Notes: generated by a model from the sequence alone, not told the origin. Shown: positions 12,297-25,253, numbered from the stretch's first letter. The stretch is DNA of 64,000 nucleotides from Octopus sinensis (GCF_006345805.1 NC_043004.1:88722001-88786000); one strand, 5' to 3'. Program-made: numbers and translations.

Positions 12297-12334
12297 CCTT
12301 TCTGTAGAAGAGCGTAGGCTCGAAACGTTAAAGA
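12297..12334 (+). ncRNA. Minimal hammerhead-like motif, repeat family 1 (element ~12222-12440)
   Basis: CCTTT-CTGTAGA-A-GAGC(gtag)GCTC-GAAA-CG-TT-AAAGA. Confidence 0.5.
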
Positions 12335-13126
12335 CTTTTTCACTTCCCGAGCGTTATACTCATACATCTGTTTGTTGTCTACACCACCTGTCTTCGTCTT
12401 TTGTTTTGTTTTTTTTGTTTTTTTTGTGAATTCTCCCTATATATATATACTAGGACTTAGAAATTTCTTGTTTGGTAATCACTTTTCCCTGCCAGGGTGG
12501 TTTAGTCTGAAAGCCGTAGCGAAGTTATTTAGTCCATGAGATTCAGAGCTCTAACAGAAAAGCCTTAGGTATGTAGTTCATTAAGCTTGTAGCAAACATT
12601 TGCACCAACTTTCTGCTATCTGCATTTTCAAAAGAACGACGCTAGTCTCACGTAAGCCTTCATCGTTGAAAATAAATTATTTGTGTGGGAAGTATAACGG
12701 CTATAATTATTAGTGATTGTAACATCATACGGCGAAGCCGCTATGAGAATGGCTTCATTATATTTTACCTCTCGGGGGTTTCTCAGCTTTTAATGCATGC
12801 ATAATATCATGGTTACATTGAAATTTTTAATGCTTTTTCTCGAAATTTATATTTTCTTCATCTTCAATTTTTCATTTTTGGAATTTTCTCTTCTCACAAT
12901 ATTATCGAAATTTCCTGTTTTCGAATCTCATGTGTTACGAATAATCTACGCAATTATTCTTCTCAATTAGAAAGCATTTTATCATTATTATTATTATTAT
13001 TGTTGTTATCATCATCATTATTATTAAGGTGGCGATAAATGAAGTACCAGTTGAACACTGGGTTCGATATAACTTTCTGGCCTTGTGCCAAAATTTGAAG
13101 CCATTATTATCATAATTATTTCTAGC

Positions 13127-13520
13127 CTACGAACTGGCAGAATCGTTAGCGCGCAGGGCAAAATGCTTAGCAATATTTCGTCTGCCGTTGCGTTCTAAGT
13201 TCAAATTCCGCCGTGGTTGACTTTGCCTTTCATCCTTTCGGGGTCGATTAAATAAGTTCCAGTTACGCACTGGTGTCAATATAATCGACTTAATCCGTTT
13301 GTCTGTCCTTGTTTGTCCCCTGTGTTTAGTCCCTTGTGGGTTGTAAAGAAATAGGTATTTCGTCTGTTGCTAAGTTCTGCGTTCAAATTCCGCCGAGGTC
13401 GACTTTGCTTTTCATCCTTTCTGGGTCGATAAATTAAGTACCAGTGATACACTGGGGTCGAGGAAATCGTCTATATCCCTCCCCCAATTTTCAGGCCTTG
13501 TGCCTACAAAAGAAAGGATT
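13127..13520 (+). mobile_element. SINE family B, bipartite long form
   Basis: Head, then a second GGTATTTCGTC...GGTCGAT unit after a ~65-bp linker; (ATT)n context. Confidence 0.85.
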
Positions 13521-13789
13521 ATTATCATAATTACTATTGTTTTGATATAGGCTTGGTAACAAAAACCTACCGAACGACAACCAGTAAACTAGAGCAAGCT
13601 CTGTAATATAACGTTGCTGTTCAATACAAATTCCGGTCTTGTTCAGCTTTGATTATTGACTCAAGTAATAACAGAGAGAAGACAAAGAAAAAGTTCTTGG
13701 AATATAGATTACAAGGATAAGAATTTACATAATGTGAGCCGCATAATTTAGTACTATATTTCGTAGTTTCCTATATGTTAGACTTTTCA

Positions 13790-14065
13790 AGATTTTTTCT
13801 CTTTTTCAAGGAAGCCACTGATTGTTTGCTTTACGACCTCCTAGTGCTCCAATTATGACTGATATTGTTTCCATCTTTAGGTGCCTCATTCTTCTAACTT
13901 CTATTTCTAGGTCTTTATTAAGTGTATCATATTCTTTGGCAGGTATATTTTCGTCAGATGATATTGCCATATCTACAAGAAGGCAGGTTTCTGTAGCAAC
14001 AATATCTCAGCGGTTGACATTAATTAAGCTATCAGTATATACTATAAAGTCCCAGAAGATGGTGG
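13790..14065 (-). mobile_element. Dong/R4-type RLE fragment
   Basis: Minus strand LVDMAISSDENIPAKEYDTLNKDLEIEVRRMRHLKMETISVIIGALG. Confidence 0.78.
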
Positions 14066-14123
14066 TGTGACTTTCAACGACCGGTTTAAGCTGCTATTGT
14101 TGAAGTTGTTGCTATTGTTATTA

Positions 14124-14485
14124 TGGCGGCGAGCTGGCAGAAACGTTAGCACGCCGGACGAAATGCTTAGCAGTATTTCGTCTGTCCCTACGTTCTGAGT
14201 TCAAATTCCGCCGAGGTCGACTTTGCCTTTCATCCTTTCGGGGTCGATTAAATAAGTACCAGTTACGTACTGGGGTCGATATAATCGACTTAATCTGTTT
14301 TTCTGTCCTTGTTTGTCCTATCTGTGTTTAGCTCCTTGTGAGTAGTAAAGAAATAGGTATTACGCCCGTCGCTGCGTTCTGAGTTCCAATTCTGCCGAGG
14401 TCGATTTTACCTTCCATCCTTTCGGGGTCGATAAATTAAGGACCAGTGAAACACTGGGATCAAAATTTCAGGCCTTGTACCTTTA
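14124..14485 (+). mobile_element. SINE family B, bipartite long form
   Basis: Same layout as 13127-13520. Confidence 0.85.
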
Positions 14486-14505
14486 ATTCAAAAATTGTTA
14501 TTATA

Positions 14506-14538
<33 letters not shown>

Positions 14539-14747
14539 GTTGTTGTTGTTATTATTATTTAGACAGTGAGCAGGCAAAATGCTTAGCGGCATTTCGACCA
14601 TCTTTACATTCTGAGTTCAAGTTCTGCTGATGTCGACTATGCTTTTTATCCTTTTGGAGTCGATAAAACGAGTACCAGTTTAGCAGTGGGGTCGATGTAA
14701 TCGACTTAATTTGCCTCCCGAAATTGCTGGCCTTGTGCCAAAATTTG

Positions 14748-14781
<34 letters not shown>

Positions 14782-15934
14782 CAGTGGCGGCGGAGCTTCT
14801 AAGCTGAAGTGAAGACAGCATGTTCTTTATCTATCTCTTTACCTTCTTGGAGGCGGCGGCGGCGTTGGTGGTGGTTTTGGTTGTGGTGGTGGTGGTGGTG
14901 GTAGTAGTATATTGTCAGTTATAATAATATAAATCTATCGATGTGGTGTATAGTTGTATTCAACAATCCTCGTATGTTATATTATTTATTTATTATATTT
15001 TATATCTGTCTTATGAAATGAGACAGTAGATGCTAAACAGCCTTTTCATAACCTCGGTGCGTTAAATATGTAAGCATAATCACACATTCCACAGTTTCGT
15101 AAGCAACTGCATTGAACAAGAAACATTTCATATCTCATAATATTAAAATTAACAGCTATTTTCGTCTTCGCTACATGAGTTAGTGGTTTCGATTCGTTAT
15201 TATTAATAAAAGCTAACAACAAAACAAAACAGAGAGAATATGAGAAACGGAGAAATAATACAACGTGCAATGAATTCATATTCATATTAAATCTTATTCA
15301 TCGTGTTACTATGTTGGAATATCTTATGATTAAATTGTCTTTGTTTGAAGTATTAAACGTGTAAATATTTGCTCTTGTGATGAAAAAAGATTACATTTTC
15401 TTGATTTCGTTTTTGTTGTGTTTTCTTGTATTTTCCGTTGTTGCTGTTGCTGTGTTTTTTATTATAACTTATTCTGTCAATCTTTCATCATATTATAGAG
15501 TAGAATCCTGAACTCAATTGTGTTATTAATTCATTTATATATATATTTGTTTGCATAGTCTCTACATTAAATTTATGAGTCACGTCTTCTCTTTACTATA
15601 ACGCTAAATGACAATATTATTTGTACAAAACAATTTTTTTTCTATAATCATGATTAGTAACACTTATAGAGAAATCAGATTTAGTGCTGTTCATTGCTTT
15701 TCCTAGTCAGTGAAGCTAATGAGCTAATTAATCACCCGAGCAATCAGAAGCGCATTTCATGTACCCGATAACTTACCGCAATGTAACGGTATTCGCCATA
15801 TTAATGCAGTTAATTATTATAATTAATTTAATTCGCCAAGATAACGCTTATTAAGGGGAAAAGTACAAACTTGGTGTATTGATACACAGATACACACAGA
15901 CACAGACACACACGTATTTGTGCGTGTGTGTGTT

Positions 15935-15975
<41 letters not shown>

Positions 15976-17070
15976 GAGAGAGAGAGAGAACAAAATATCT
16001 AATCGCATTTTTCCCAGCTGCCTACATTCCGTGTTCAGATTTCACCAATATCAACTTTGCCTTTCATCTTTTCGAGTTTCATAAAAATTTTGTACAATTC
16101 AAGTACTGGGACCGTATTCAGCTTAACTTTTTTATCCTGTAACTACTGGTCTTGGGTTAAAATTTCAAATATTTATTTTGTCTTTTTTAGATCGGCAGAA
16201 AGTTATATAAGTGATTCAGGGGCCGAGCGTTTCGTTCATGTCACTTAACAAATGCAGGAGTTGAGTCGCTCTTTGTAACTTTCTGATAGAAAACGAAATA
16301 TATATGCATAAATTGTTGTATGTAAAGAAACTTGCTTCCCAACCAATATATATAAAATTACTAGTTGTAGTTATTATTGTACATTTATAAATCTTCATGG
16401 ATACCATCTAATAAGTTAATATTTAAGTATATAATATGTATAAACTATTTCTATGTAATTTCTTTCCTCCCTCTATTGTGGTAAAATTTGGTATATACTC
16501 AAAAGTATTCAAAAAAATTTTATCCTCGGTATAATATTCTTCTTAATAATCTTCTTGATAACCCTAAATTTTAACTTTATACAGTATAGCAATATTGTTT
16601 AAAATATTCAACTATAGTACCCCATGATAAAATTTTCCCCGTATTATCGTCATTCCTTTACTAGTCTTGCTCCTTTAATTGACAGCTAACGTCTTGATTT
16701 AAGATATCCTTTACCAAATCTCATTATATTGCTCCAAATTAATCTTGATAGTTTTATGACTATACCCACTATGATTTCTGTCGACTCCCTCAGCCCCTTT
16801 CCTAACAGACACTGCTACTTGTTCTTTGGCCTTAGATTTTTGATATACAAAGATTTGATAAACAAGACTATAAATTAAAACTGACCCCACCAAAATAAAA
16901 ACAGTAACAAGCTAGATCTCTAACAAGTCTTTCTTCCTGATACCTTAGTAGCTTCTAATCTGAAGTGAAGACAGCATGTTCTTTGTCTATCTCTTTACTT
17001 TCTTGGAGGTTTTAGGTAAAATTATACTGATGTGTCCATCTGTTTTAATTTAATTTAATTCTATGTATTT

Positions 17071-17158
17071 ATGCAGCTGAGGATTGCTCTGCATTTAAAT
17101 TGAAGTAATGGTTGCATTGTTCAATTAAATGAAGTCGCTTGAAACAATCGTACTGCAT
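17071..17158 (+). ncRNA. Type I hammerhead ribozyme-like motif with extended stem II
   Basis: Stem I ATGCAG/CTGCAT, core CTGAGGA, long hairpin (CATTTAAATTGAAGTAATG...CATTGTTCAATTAAATG), GAAA, CAATCG, TA (cleavage triplet GUA). The stem II closing pair is mismatched. Confidence 0.65.
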
Positions 17159-17321
17159 TACCTCTGGATATCCTGTTGCTTATTTTACCTTTTAATCACC
17201 TTATTTTGAAGCTGTATGGATAATACCGTACTAAATTCTGGAGCCTCCAAGTACCTAGTTCATCTGAATCTAAATTTTTGCTATATATATATATATATAT
17301 ATATACATGCATATACACATC

Positions 17322-17353
<32 letters not shown>

Positions 17354-17663
17354 TGTATGTATGTATGTATGTATGTATGTATGTATGTATGTATGTATAT
17401 ATGTATGTAACTGTGTGTGTATCTTTGTGTTTGGCACAAGCACACCAACCAGTGTTGGTGTGTTTATGCCCCCTATAACTTAGTGGTTTGCCAAAAGATA
17501 TCGATATAATTGTTACTAGGCTTAAAGGATTAAATCCACTGTCGATTTGTTCGTCTAAAACTCTTCAAGACGGTGCTCTATCATGGCTGCAGTCAAATGA
17601 CTGGGACAAATAAAAGAATAGAGCCATATCGTATTTCACGACAATCTCTACTATTGTATACAT

Positions 17664-17770
17664 CAGTGGTTCTCAACCGGGATCTATATGGACCCAGGGG
17701 ATCATTATAAAAATTTGGGGGTAGGGCAACGCAAGCAAGATAGTATTTCAAGGGTCCATGAAAAATGTTG
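17664..17770. mobile_element. hAT (Charlie-like) MITE remnant
   Basis: Starts CAGTGGTTCTCAACC; a similar terminus GGTTGAGAACCACTG lies at ~52637-52651. Confidence 0.5.
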
Positions 17771-18009
17771 ATTTATTGCAAGAAACAGCGAAGAACGGCC
17801 TTGAATGAAGCTGCGTAGATATACATACCATGCAATTGTAACAACTAAATACATATAAATGCTACCTCAAGGGATATTGGGACATTCAGACATTTATGCA
17901 GCAGAAATACGTCTCGGGATTGAAATCTAACGTGAATATAATGTGAAGAATGCTGTAATAAACAAGTTTTGAAAATGTATAATTCTCCATTCTTTTTTAT
18001 GGTGTCTAG

Positions 18010-18067
<58 letters not shown>

Positions 18068-18120
18068 ATAGATCGGTAGCCACTACACACATTTTTTCTT
18101 TCCTTGTTTATTTCTGTGTT

Positions 18121-18159
18121 CCTTTCTGTGGAAGAGCGTAGGCTCGAAACGTTAAAGAC
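18121..18159 (+). ncRNA. Minimal hammerhead-like motif, repeat family 1 (element ~18063-18250)
   Basis: CCTTT-CTGTGGA-A-GAGC(gtag)GCTC-GAAA-CG-TT-AAAGA. Confidence 0.5.
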
Positions 18160-19014
18160 TTTTTTCTATTCCCGAGCGTTATACTAATACATCTGTTTGT
18201 TTTCTACATCACTTGCATTCGTCTTTTATTTTTTTCGTGAATTCTCCCAATATATACATATATATATATATGTATATATGTATATATACGTATATAGGAT
18301 ATCATTTTTGGCTATATATACATATATATTGACATACATTTGTGTGTGTGCGTGCGTGCGTGCGTGCGTGCGTGCGTGTCTGTGTGTAATATACTCAGTT
18401 TAGAACTAAAGACGGGAGACGTGAAGAGAAATAAATTCAGATTTAGAAAAGTAAATGGACACCCTGAAGGCTGTATTGCTAATCAGGAATATATTAATAT
18501 CATCGTTCTCAAATCGCCACCATTTCGGATCCACCTTCGCTATTCTATGCATCCTGCTTTATACGAATTTCCGCACAATCACCCGTCAATGTGAATATAT
18601 AATCCATATTGCTTTCGTTATTTTACGAATAGTTTTAATATATTCTCGCAGTGATATTCGATGCTGGAAGGATAAATGTATAAATATAACTGCAGTGAAT
18701 TATTCCGAGATATTGCGCAAAGGTTTTTGTCATTTCAATAACGCTCACACAATACACAGTAATAAATATCATAATATTAAAAATTTAAAGTGTGAAAACG
18801 CAAATCCTATGGGAACATATACCGTTGCAAATATTTACTAATATTTTCTTTTTTGTTTTTTCTTTTTTTCGAGTAAGTAACGATTGCATAACTCTAGAGG
18901 TCTATGTTTTTATAAAATAGTCACCGCCATAGAGCGTTTTTTTATTTTTCATTATTTATTTGTTTTCCAAATGGTATATTTATGGAAATAAAGTATCATA
19001 AATAGATTTCTAGC

Positions 19015-19129
19015 AGCAACTGATAATAATAATAATAATAACAATAATAATAATAATAATAATAATAACAATAATAACAACAACAACAACGACGACAACA
19101 ACAACAACAACAATAATAATAATAATAAT

Positions 19130-19165
<36 letters not shown>

Positions 19166-19243
19166 AATAAGAAGAAGAATAGCAACAATAACAGCAACGA
19201 CAACAACAACAACAACAATAATAACAACAACAATAATAATAAT

Positions 19244-19281
<38 letters not shown>

Positions 19282-19316
19282 TAATAATAATAATAACAAT
19301 AACAACAACAGCAACG

Positions 19317-19348
<32 letters not shown>

Positions 19349-19351
19349 AAT
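19015..19351. repeat. Compound (AAT)n/(AAC)n trinucleotide tract
   Basis: About 335 bp of alternating AAT and AAC runs. Confidence 0.95.
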
Positions 19352-19563
19352 ATTTTCTACTATAGGCACAAGGCCTGAAATTTGGGAGAGGGAGATAGTC
19401 GATTACAACCACCTCAATACTAAACTGGTACTTATTTTGCCGACCCCGAAACGATGAAAAGCAAAGTCGACCTCGGCGAAATTTGAATTCAGAACGTGAA
19501 GACGACGAAATCCTGCCAAACTATTTTGCCCAGTGTGCTAACGATTCTGCCAACTCGTCGTCT
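19352..19563 (-). mobile_element. SINE family B
   Basis: Reverse-complement match; followed on its own strand by a long (TTA/TTG)n tract. Confidence 0.8.
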
Positions 19564-19652
19564 TAATAATAATGATAATAATAATAATAATAATAATAAT
19601 ATATATATATTACCCCAGTGTCACTTTGATGGCATGCACTGCTCTCTCACTC

Positions 19653-19687
<35 letters not shown>

Positions 19688-19688
<1 letters not shown>

Positions 19689-19865
19689 GGTTGATAAGTA
19701 AGAAAAAGATTGATGAATATGAAAATCTGAGTACTGAAATCGGTAAAATATGGCGGCTACGAGAGTCAAACATAAAGTTTATTCCTATTGTCATCGGAGC
19801 CTTGGGTTCAATACCACCCAATCTGAAAAAACATCTGAAAATTTTAATGATACCCGACAAACTAG
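19688..19865 (+). mobile_element. Dong/R4-type RLE fragment directly after (TAA)n
   Basis: KKIDEYENLSTEIGKIWRL...FIPIVIGALGSIP. Confidence 0.8.
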
Positions 19866-19871
19866 ATTATT

Positions 19872-20072
19872 CTTTTCTACTCTAGGCTCAAGGCCCGAAA
19901 TGTTGGGGGGGGGCGGAGCCAGTCGGTTACATCAGCCTCAGTACGCAACTGGTACTTATTTTATCGACCCCGAAATGATGAAAGACAAAGTCGACCTCGG
20001 CGAGATTTAAACTCAGAACGTGAAAACGGACGAAATACTGCTAAGCATTTTGCTCTGCGTGCTAACGATTCT
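19872..20072 (-). mobile_element. SINE family B
   Basis: Reverse-complement match to family B. Confidence 0.8.
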
Positions 20073-20823
20073 ACTCTCACATCCCGAATGCTCCGCTGGA
20101 CTAAGGACGGGTGGTCCGAGTGCGTGGTTATGTATCTGCTTGAAGTTACGTAGGAACTGAAAACAATGAACGAAAACATGTCACATGTTGCCTGGTCATG
20201 TCTGGTTACAAGCGACATTTATACTATTAATTCAATCAATTCCGATTGTTTATTGCAGTAGATACTGTTCTTATGTTTGAACTACGTTATTAATTTGCTT
20301 CTTGGGTTTTTTTTTAATAATTGGTTCATTAAGACAGCGAGCTGGTAGATTCGTTAGCGCAATGGACAAAATGGGATTAGACTTAATAGACGGAAACTGT
20401 GTGGAAATAGATAAATAAACAGATAGACAGATAGATAGATAGATACATACATACATACATACATACATACATACATACATACATACATACATACATACAT
20501 ACATACATACATGCATGCATATATACATACAGACATACATACATACATACATACATACATACATACATACATACATACATACATACATACTACATACATA
20601 CATACATGCATGCATACATACATACATACATACATACATACATACATACATACATACACACATAGCAGATCTACTTCTAGCATAAGGGTTGTCCACGTAG
20701 TGGTCATCCCTCTTATATGTATGTAATATAATTTTCTGAACCTTCAGATTTTAATATGCTAGATCACTGGTTTTAAATTGATATTAATCAAATTAATATC
20801 CAATTTGTTACCCTTATTATTTT

Positions 20824-20880
<57 letters not shown>

Positions 20881-21229
20881 CAGCCAGACAGACAGACGGA
20901 CGGACGAACATGTATGTGTGTGCGCATGAGTGTTTTTGTGTTTTTCCCGTTACCTTTTTATTACCAGTATTGGTTTGTTTTCGTCCCTGTAATAAACGGT
21001 TCAACAACAACAAAAAATTATTTAATAAACACCAGATTTCTAAAACAACGAGCTCTGGGGCTGGTTTGATAGACTAAATGCTTCAAGGCGGTACTCCAAC
21101 ATATCAGTGTTCAATAACTAAAACAAGTAATTAAGTATATGAATTCTAAGTACCATACTTAACCTGAACTGCATCGAAAAGTATCGGAATAACCTAATCA
21201 TAGCTAGCATAAAAGTGTACTGGCTCTTA

Positions 21230-21288
<59 letters not shown>

Positions 21289-22602
21289 TTTACATCGGTA
21301 GAATTAAGTTTCTATAGATTTAGATCGAGTTAGTATTATGAGTGTAAAAAATATTGTATGCGTATGTTTATGAAACTATTTAAGAAGGTGATGTACGATT
21401 ACCTAAAATGATAGAATGTATGTATGTATGTATGTATGTATGTATGTATGTATGTATGTATGTATGTATGCGTATGTGTGTGTGGGAGAGAGAGAGAGTG
21501 TGTGTGTGTGTGTTGTGTGTGAGTAACGTGATTAGAGCGACAAATAACCATTTATTTTCATGATATTAATTTTTGCGGATCTTTGCTAGTTCGTGCATGA
21601 ACATGTGTGATTTCACATGTATTCGTATATTAAACGTGTGCTTAGATGGAGAGATATTAATTGACGAAGAGAAATAAAAACAGATTAACGTAGCAAAACA
21701 CAAGTAATTGCGTTGCTTGTAGTTTGCTGTTTTATATTGAAATAGTCTTTACAAGGACGACCTTAGGCAGGCAGAAGAAATCAAATACGCAGAAATATTC
21801 TCAAAATATTCTCTTTAAATGAGAAAACGTTATGGATGTTTTCTGTATGTTCGAACATAAAGTATACAAAAGTATACAATAGGTATTGCAAAAAATTATT
21901 TATTAGTTCACTTATTAATTCTTCGAGCTTTCTATCTCATCAAATTAATTTTCTACTGGCAATCCATTTGTACTATTAAATCACATTGTCATTATGGTAT
22001 TAAATGAAGCATAACAAATAAGGAGAAGATAGGACAGGATAAGATAGAAAAAGAAAAGATGTAAAGAGGAGAGAAGACATTTTAACATGTCGTTGCGTGA
22101 CTTATAATATGAAAGCAAAATATGAAACAACTTCGACAATCTATACGAACAGTAAAGTTACTACATTTATTACTTTCTTTTTAACTCGTTGCTTATGAAT
22201 ATTCTATGGGAATTTGCTTTCAGTGAAGGTTCTTATGGGCTTTGTCAATCCACAAGGATTCCGGATTCAAAAGATCGATATAATTTAATCACTAGTTAAA
22301 TGCATGGAGGAGAAATGCAGAAAAAGATTTAGAGGCATTGATAAGTTATAAGGCAATCGTCGTTTCTGGAACATTACATCATGTCAGAATATTTAATCTC
22401 TTTATTCGGCTCCTAATAGAAAAATAGAAAAGAGCTAATTGGGTGATTCTGTATTGTCACTCGACCTGACAGAGTTCACTGCCAAATACTTCTTGATTCA
22501 TTCTCCACCGTCTTAAAAATATAAAGGTATATTAAGTAATGTAATCTAAGATCTCCATCTACCTACCTGTATATCTATCTACCTATTAATCTACCTAACT
22601 AT

Positions 22603-22652
<50 letters not shown>

Positions 22653-23998
22653 ATTTCTCTCTTAATCTCTCTCTCACTCAGTCTTGCTCTTAGTCTCTCT
22701 CGCTCTCTTTTACTCTCAGTTACTCCCTTATTTTTCTCACACTCCCTCTCTCTCTCTCTCTCTCTCTCATACACACACAGAAAACACAATCGGCATTACT
22801 GCTTTACATAATGTACATGTGATCGGCGCCCTCCAAGTATATTAGCATAAAACCCGGTTGCATAAACAAATGTCACCAGTCCCATTCATCAGCCTTACTC
22901 ATCAAATACACCGTGTGTTGGCGTGCGTTTGCGTCTTACAGAGGTATTGTTAAATGAAATCACGTCAGCTAATCGTACTCACAGTTTCAAAAGGATAACA
23001 CAATTTCATAATGAACGAGAAAGGAAAAGTTTCTTGTACATAGCCGGGTATTTTAATTATCAATTCCCATCTCCTAGAAGGAATAAAATTTAAAGCCGAC
23101 CACTGTAGGATACGAACTCAAAACGGAGACAAACATTGCGAGAGATTTACGCGCCGCTCTCACCACGTGGCCACTTCACCGTCTTACATTATTGTAAATA
23201 CCTTGTTGGTTAGCATGTACAGTAGCATTGCTAATAATTTGTTTGTTAACCTGAATTACTTTTGTTACTTTTTAAAATATGAAAGAGTTATTTTTTTGGT
23301 CGGCTGTCTGCTGGCCTAGAATTCATTTTTCGATGCTTTCATTAAAGAAATGTATTTGTTCATTTTCTGTGAAACAGCGAAAATCTTGAAGAATGAATTC
23401 ATTGTCTGTTTTAGTGCTCATATTAACCATTTCTCAGCCGTTGACATGGGCGGGATAATTATTCAAAGTGGATCCATTCTCCGGTAAAAAAATTAAAAAA
23501 AGTTAAATTTTCTGCATAATATGTTGTCGTCTGGAACCACTGATTTCAGCTTTAATATATTCATTTTATTTTCCAAGACTTATTTTTCAAATAATTTCTC
23601 GTGTTCTGCAATATAGCAGTACAGAGTGTGTGAACAGAAAATGGAAGCATTCGTAGTTGATGCCATCACAGAATCAAAGACAGCGTGTCTGAGAGTAATT
23701 GTTATTATCTTCTGTTAAACTCATCTTGACTGCAGCATCTGGATCATTTGCACAAACCTCATTATTGACAATCCTCATATCTTCAAATGATGTACTTTCG
23801 GGAATATGATTCAGCAATGTTCTCAAGTAGGAAACAATGTATCCATTAGAATTAATACTGCAGTTCCGATATCTTGGACGTTTATGGTCGGAAATAGAAT
23901 ATTATCAAAATGAAAAATAAGTTGGCTGATTCCTTTGAGCATGCGAAAATATGAATTAAAAAGTTATGAGAAATGAAACTCTCGAGCTTAAGTTTTAT

Positions 23999-24108
23999 GT
24001 TAGGGTTTCGGGTTAGGGTTACAATGTAGAATTAGGGTTAGCGTTAAATATTAGGATTGAGGGTAAACTTTAAGGTTAGGATTAGAGTCTAGAGTTTGGG
24101 TTAGGCTT
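23999..24108 (+). repeat. Degenerate (TTAGGG)n-like tract
   Basis: TTAGGG TTTCGGG TTAGGG TTA...TTAGGG TTAGCG...TTAGGA TTGAGGG...TTAAGG TTAGGA TTAGAG...TTTGGG TTAGG. Confidence 0.65.
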
Positions 24109-25253
24109 TAAATGTAAAAGCTACGATTATGTTGATGAAATCAAACAATATTTTAGTTAATTTTTTCAAAAATGTTCTCTTTGAAATGGGGTTTTAGCCG
24201 CTATTTCAAAACGTTGGATGATTCAAACATTTAACTATGCCCGTGGCTGTCTGTTGAGAACTTTTCTTCGTCTTTTAAGGGTAATAAAACCCGATCTCTC
24301 TGCTGTTTTCATGGCTATACAGTGTTCGAAATATTACCTTCTTGTCTGTATAATACAATACACATTCGACGCTTCAAAAAGCAAAATAAACAGTTTGTCT
24401 GCATATGTTGTTGTTAAATTCCCAAAAGCTATGTATTTAGTGCTTAATTTGGCGGAGATTGTAGTCAGTGGGCAGTTTAGCTTAAGGCTAGAGTACTCAG
24501 CCGATATGTGAGAGGTTCGAGTCCCTTGGCTATTTGTTGACGACATTTTTTCCCCGTTTTATAAAGGTAATAATACCCAATTTTTTCTGCTGTTTTCACG
24601 ACTACGGCGTTCGAAATATTACCTTTTTGTCGGTATAATACGATATAACTATACATTGTACATTTTCCTAAACGCCCGACTTTTTAATATACGTTCCCAA
24701 CATGATCATCTCTTAGAAGTCTGTTTTCTCGTAACCTTTTTTTTTTTTTTACAAATGCATTTTTTTGTACGCTCAAAGGAAAATTACTCAATATATTTTC
24801 CATCTTTAGAATTTCCTATTTCAAAACCTAAACTCCGCTTAATCATTTTTTTCTTTTTTGTGGGAGTGGGGTTCTGTTTCTCTTCTACAATTTATTGATT
24901 CTCTCCCTTGTAAAGTGTTTGAATGTTTCGATAGTAGATAATATGTACTTTAAAGAAGGCAGGTAATTTACTGATTTATTCTCATTCATCCAGTTTCAGT
25001 TATATTATTATTTTCTTGCACTAATCTTTTCAGATTTTACATTGTCAATGGAACAACATATTGTTGTCTTTCTAAATGGACAATTACATATTGCATATGT
25101 GGATACGAACCATATAATTTAAACCACAGCGTGCTGTGTGCATTCTCCTGCTTGTGAAACATGGCGGCCGTTAATATAATTACCAACATCATTTGTCTTT
25201 GCTTCTTAGTGTTCGTAATTTGTTTCTCCTGTAATAATGACTGTTGCACAGAT

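Noticed and set aside
18952-19412. Poly-Leu, poly-Cys/Tyr, poly-Ile/Val ORFs and the many YI, CV, MYVC, HT, RE, LSIY ORFs across the track
   Set aside because: These are translations of di-, tri- and tetranucleotide microsatellites with no coding signal.
23999-24108. True telomere or chromosome end
   Set aside because: Short, highly degenerate and internal to continuous sequence.
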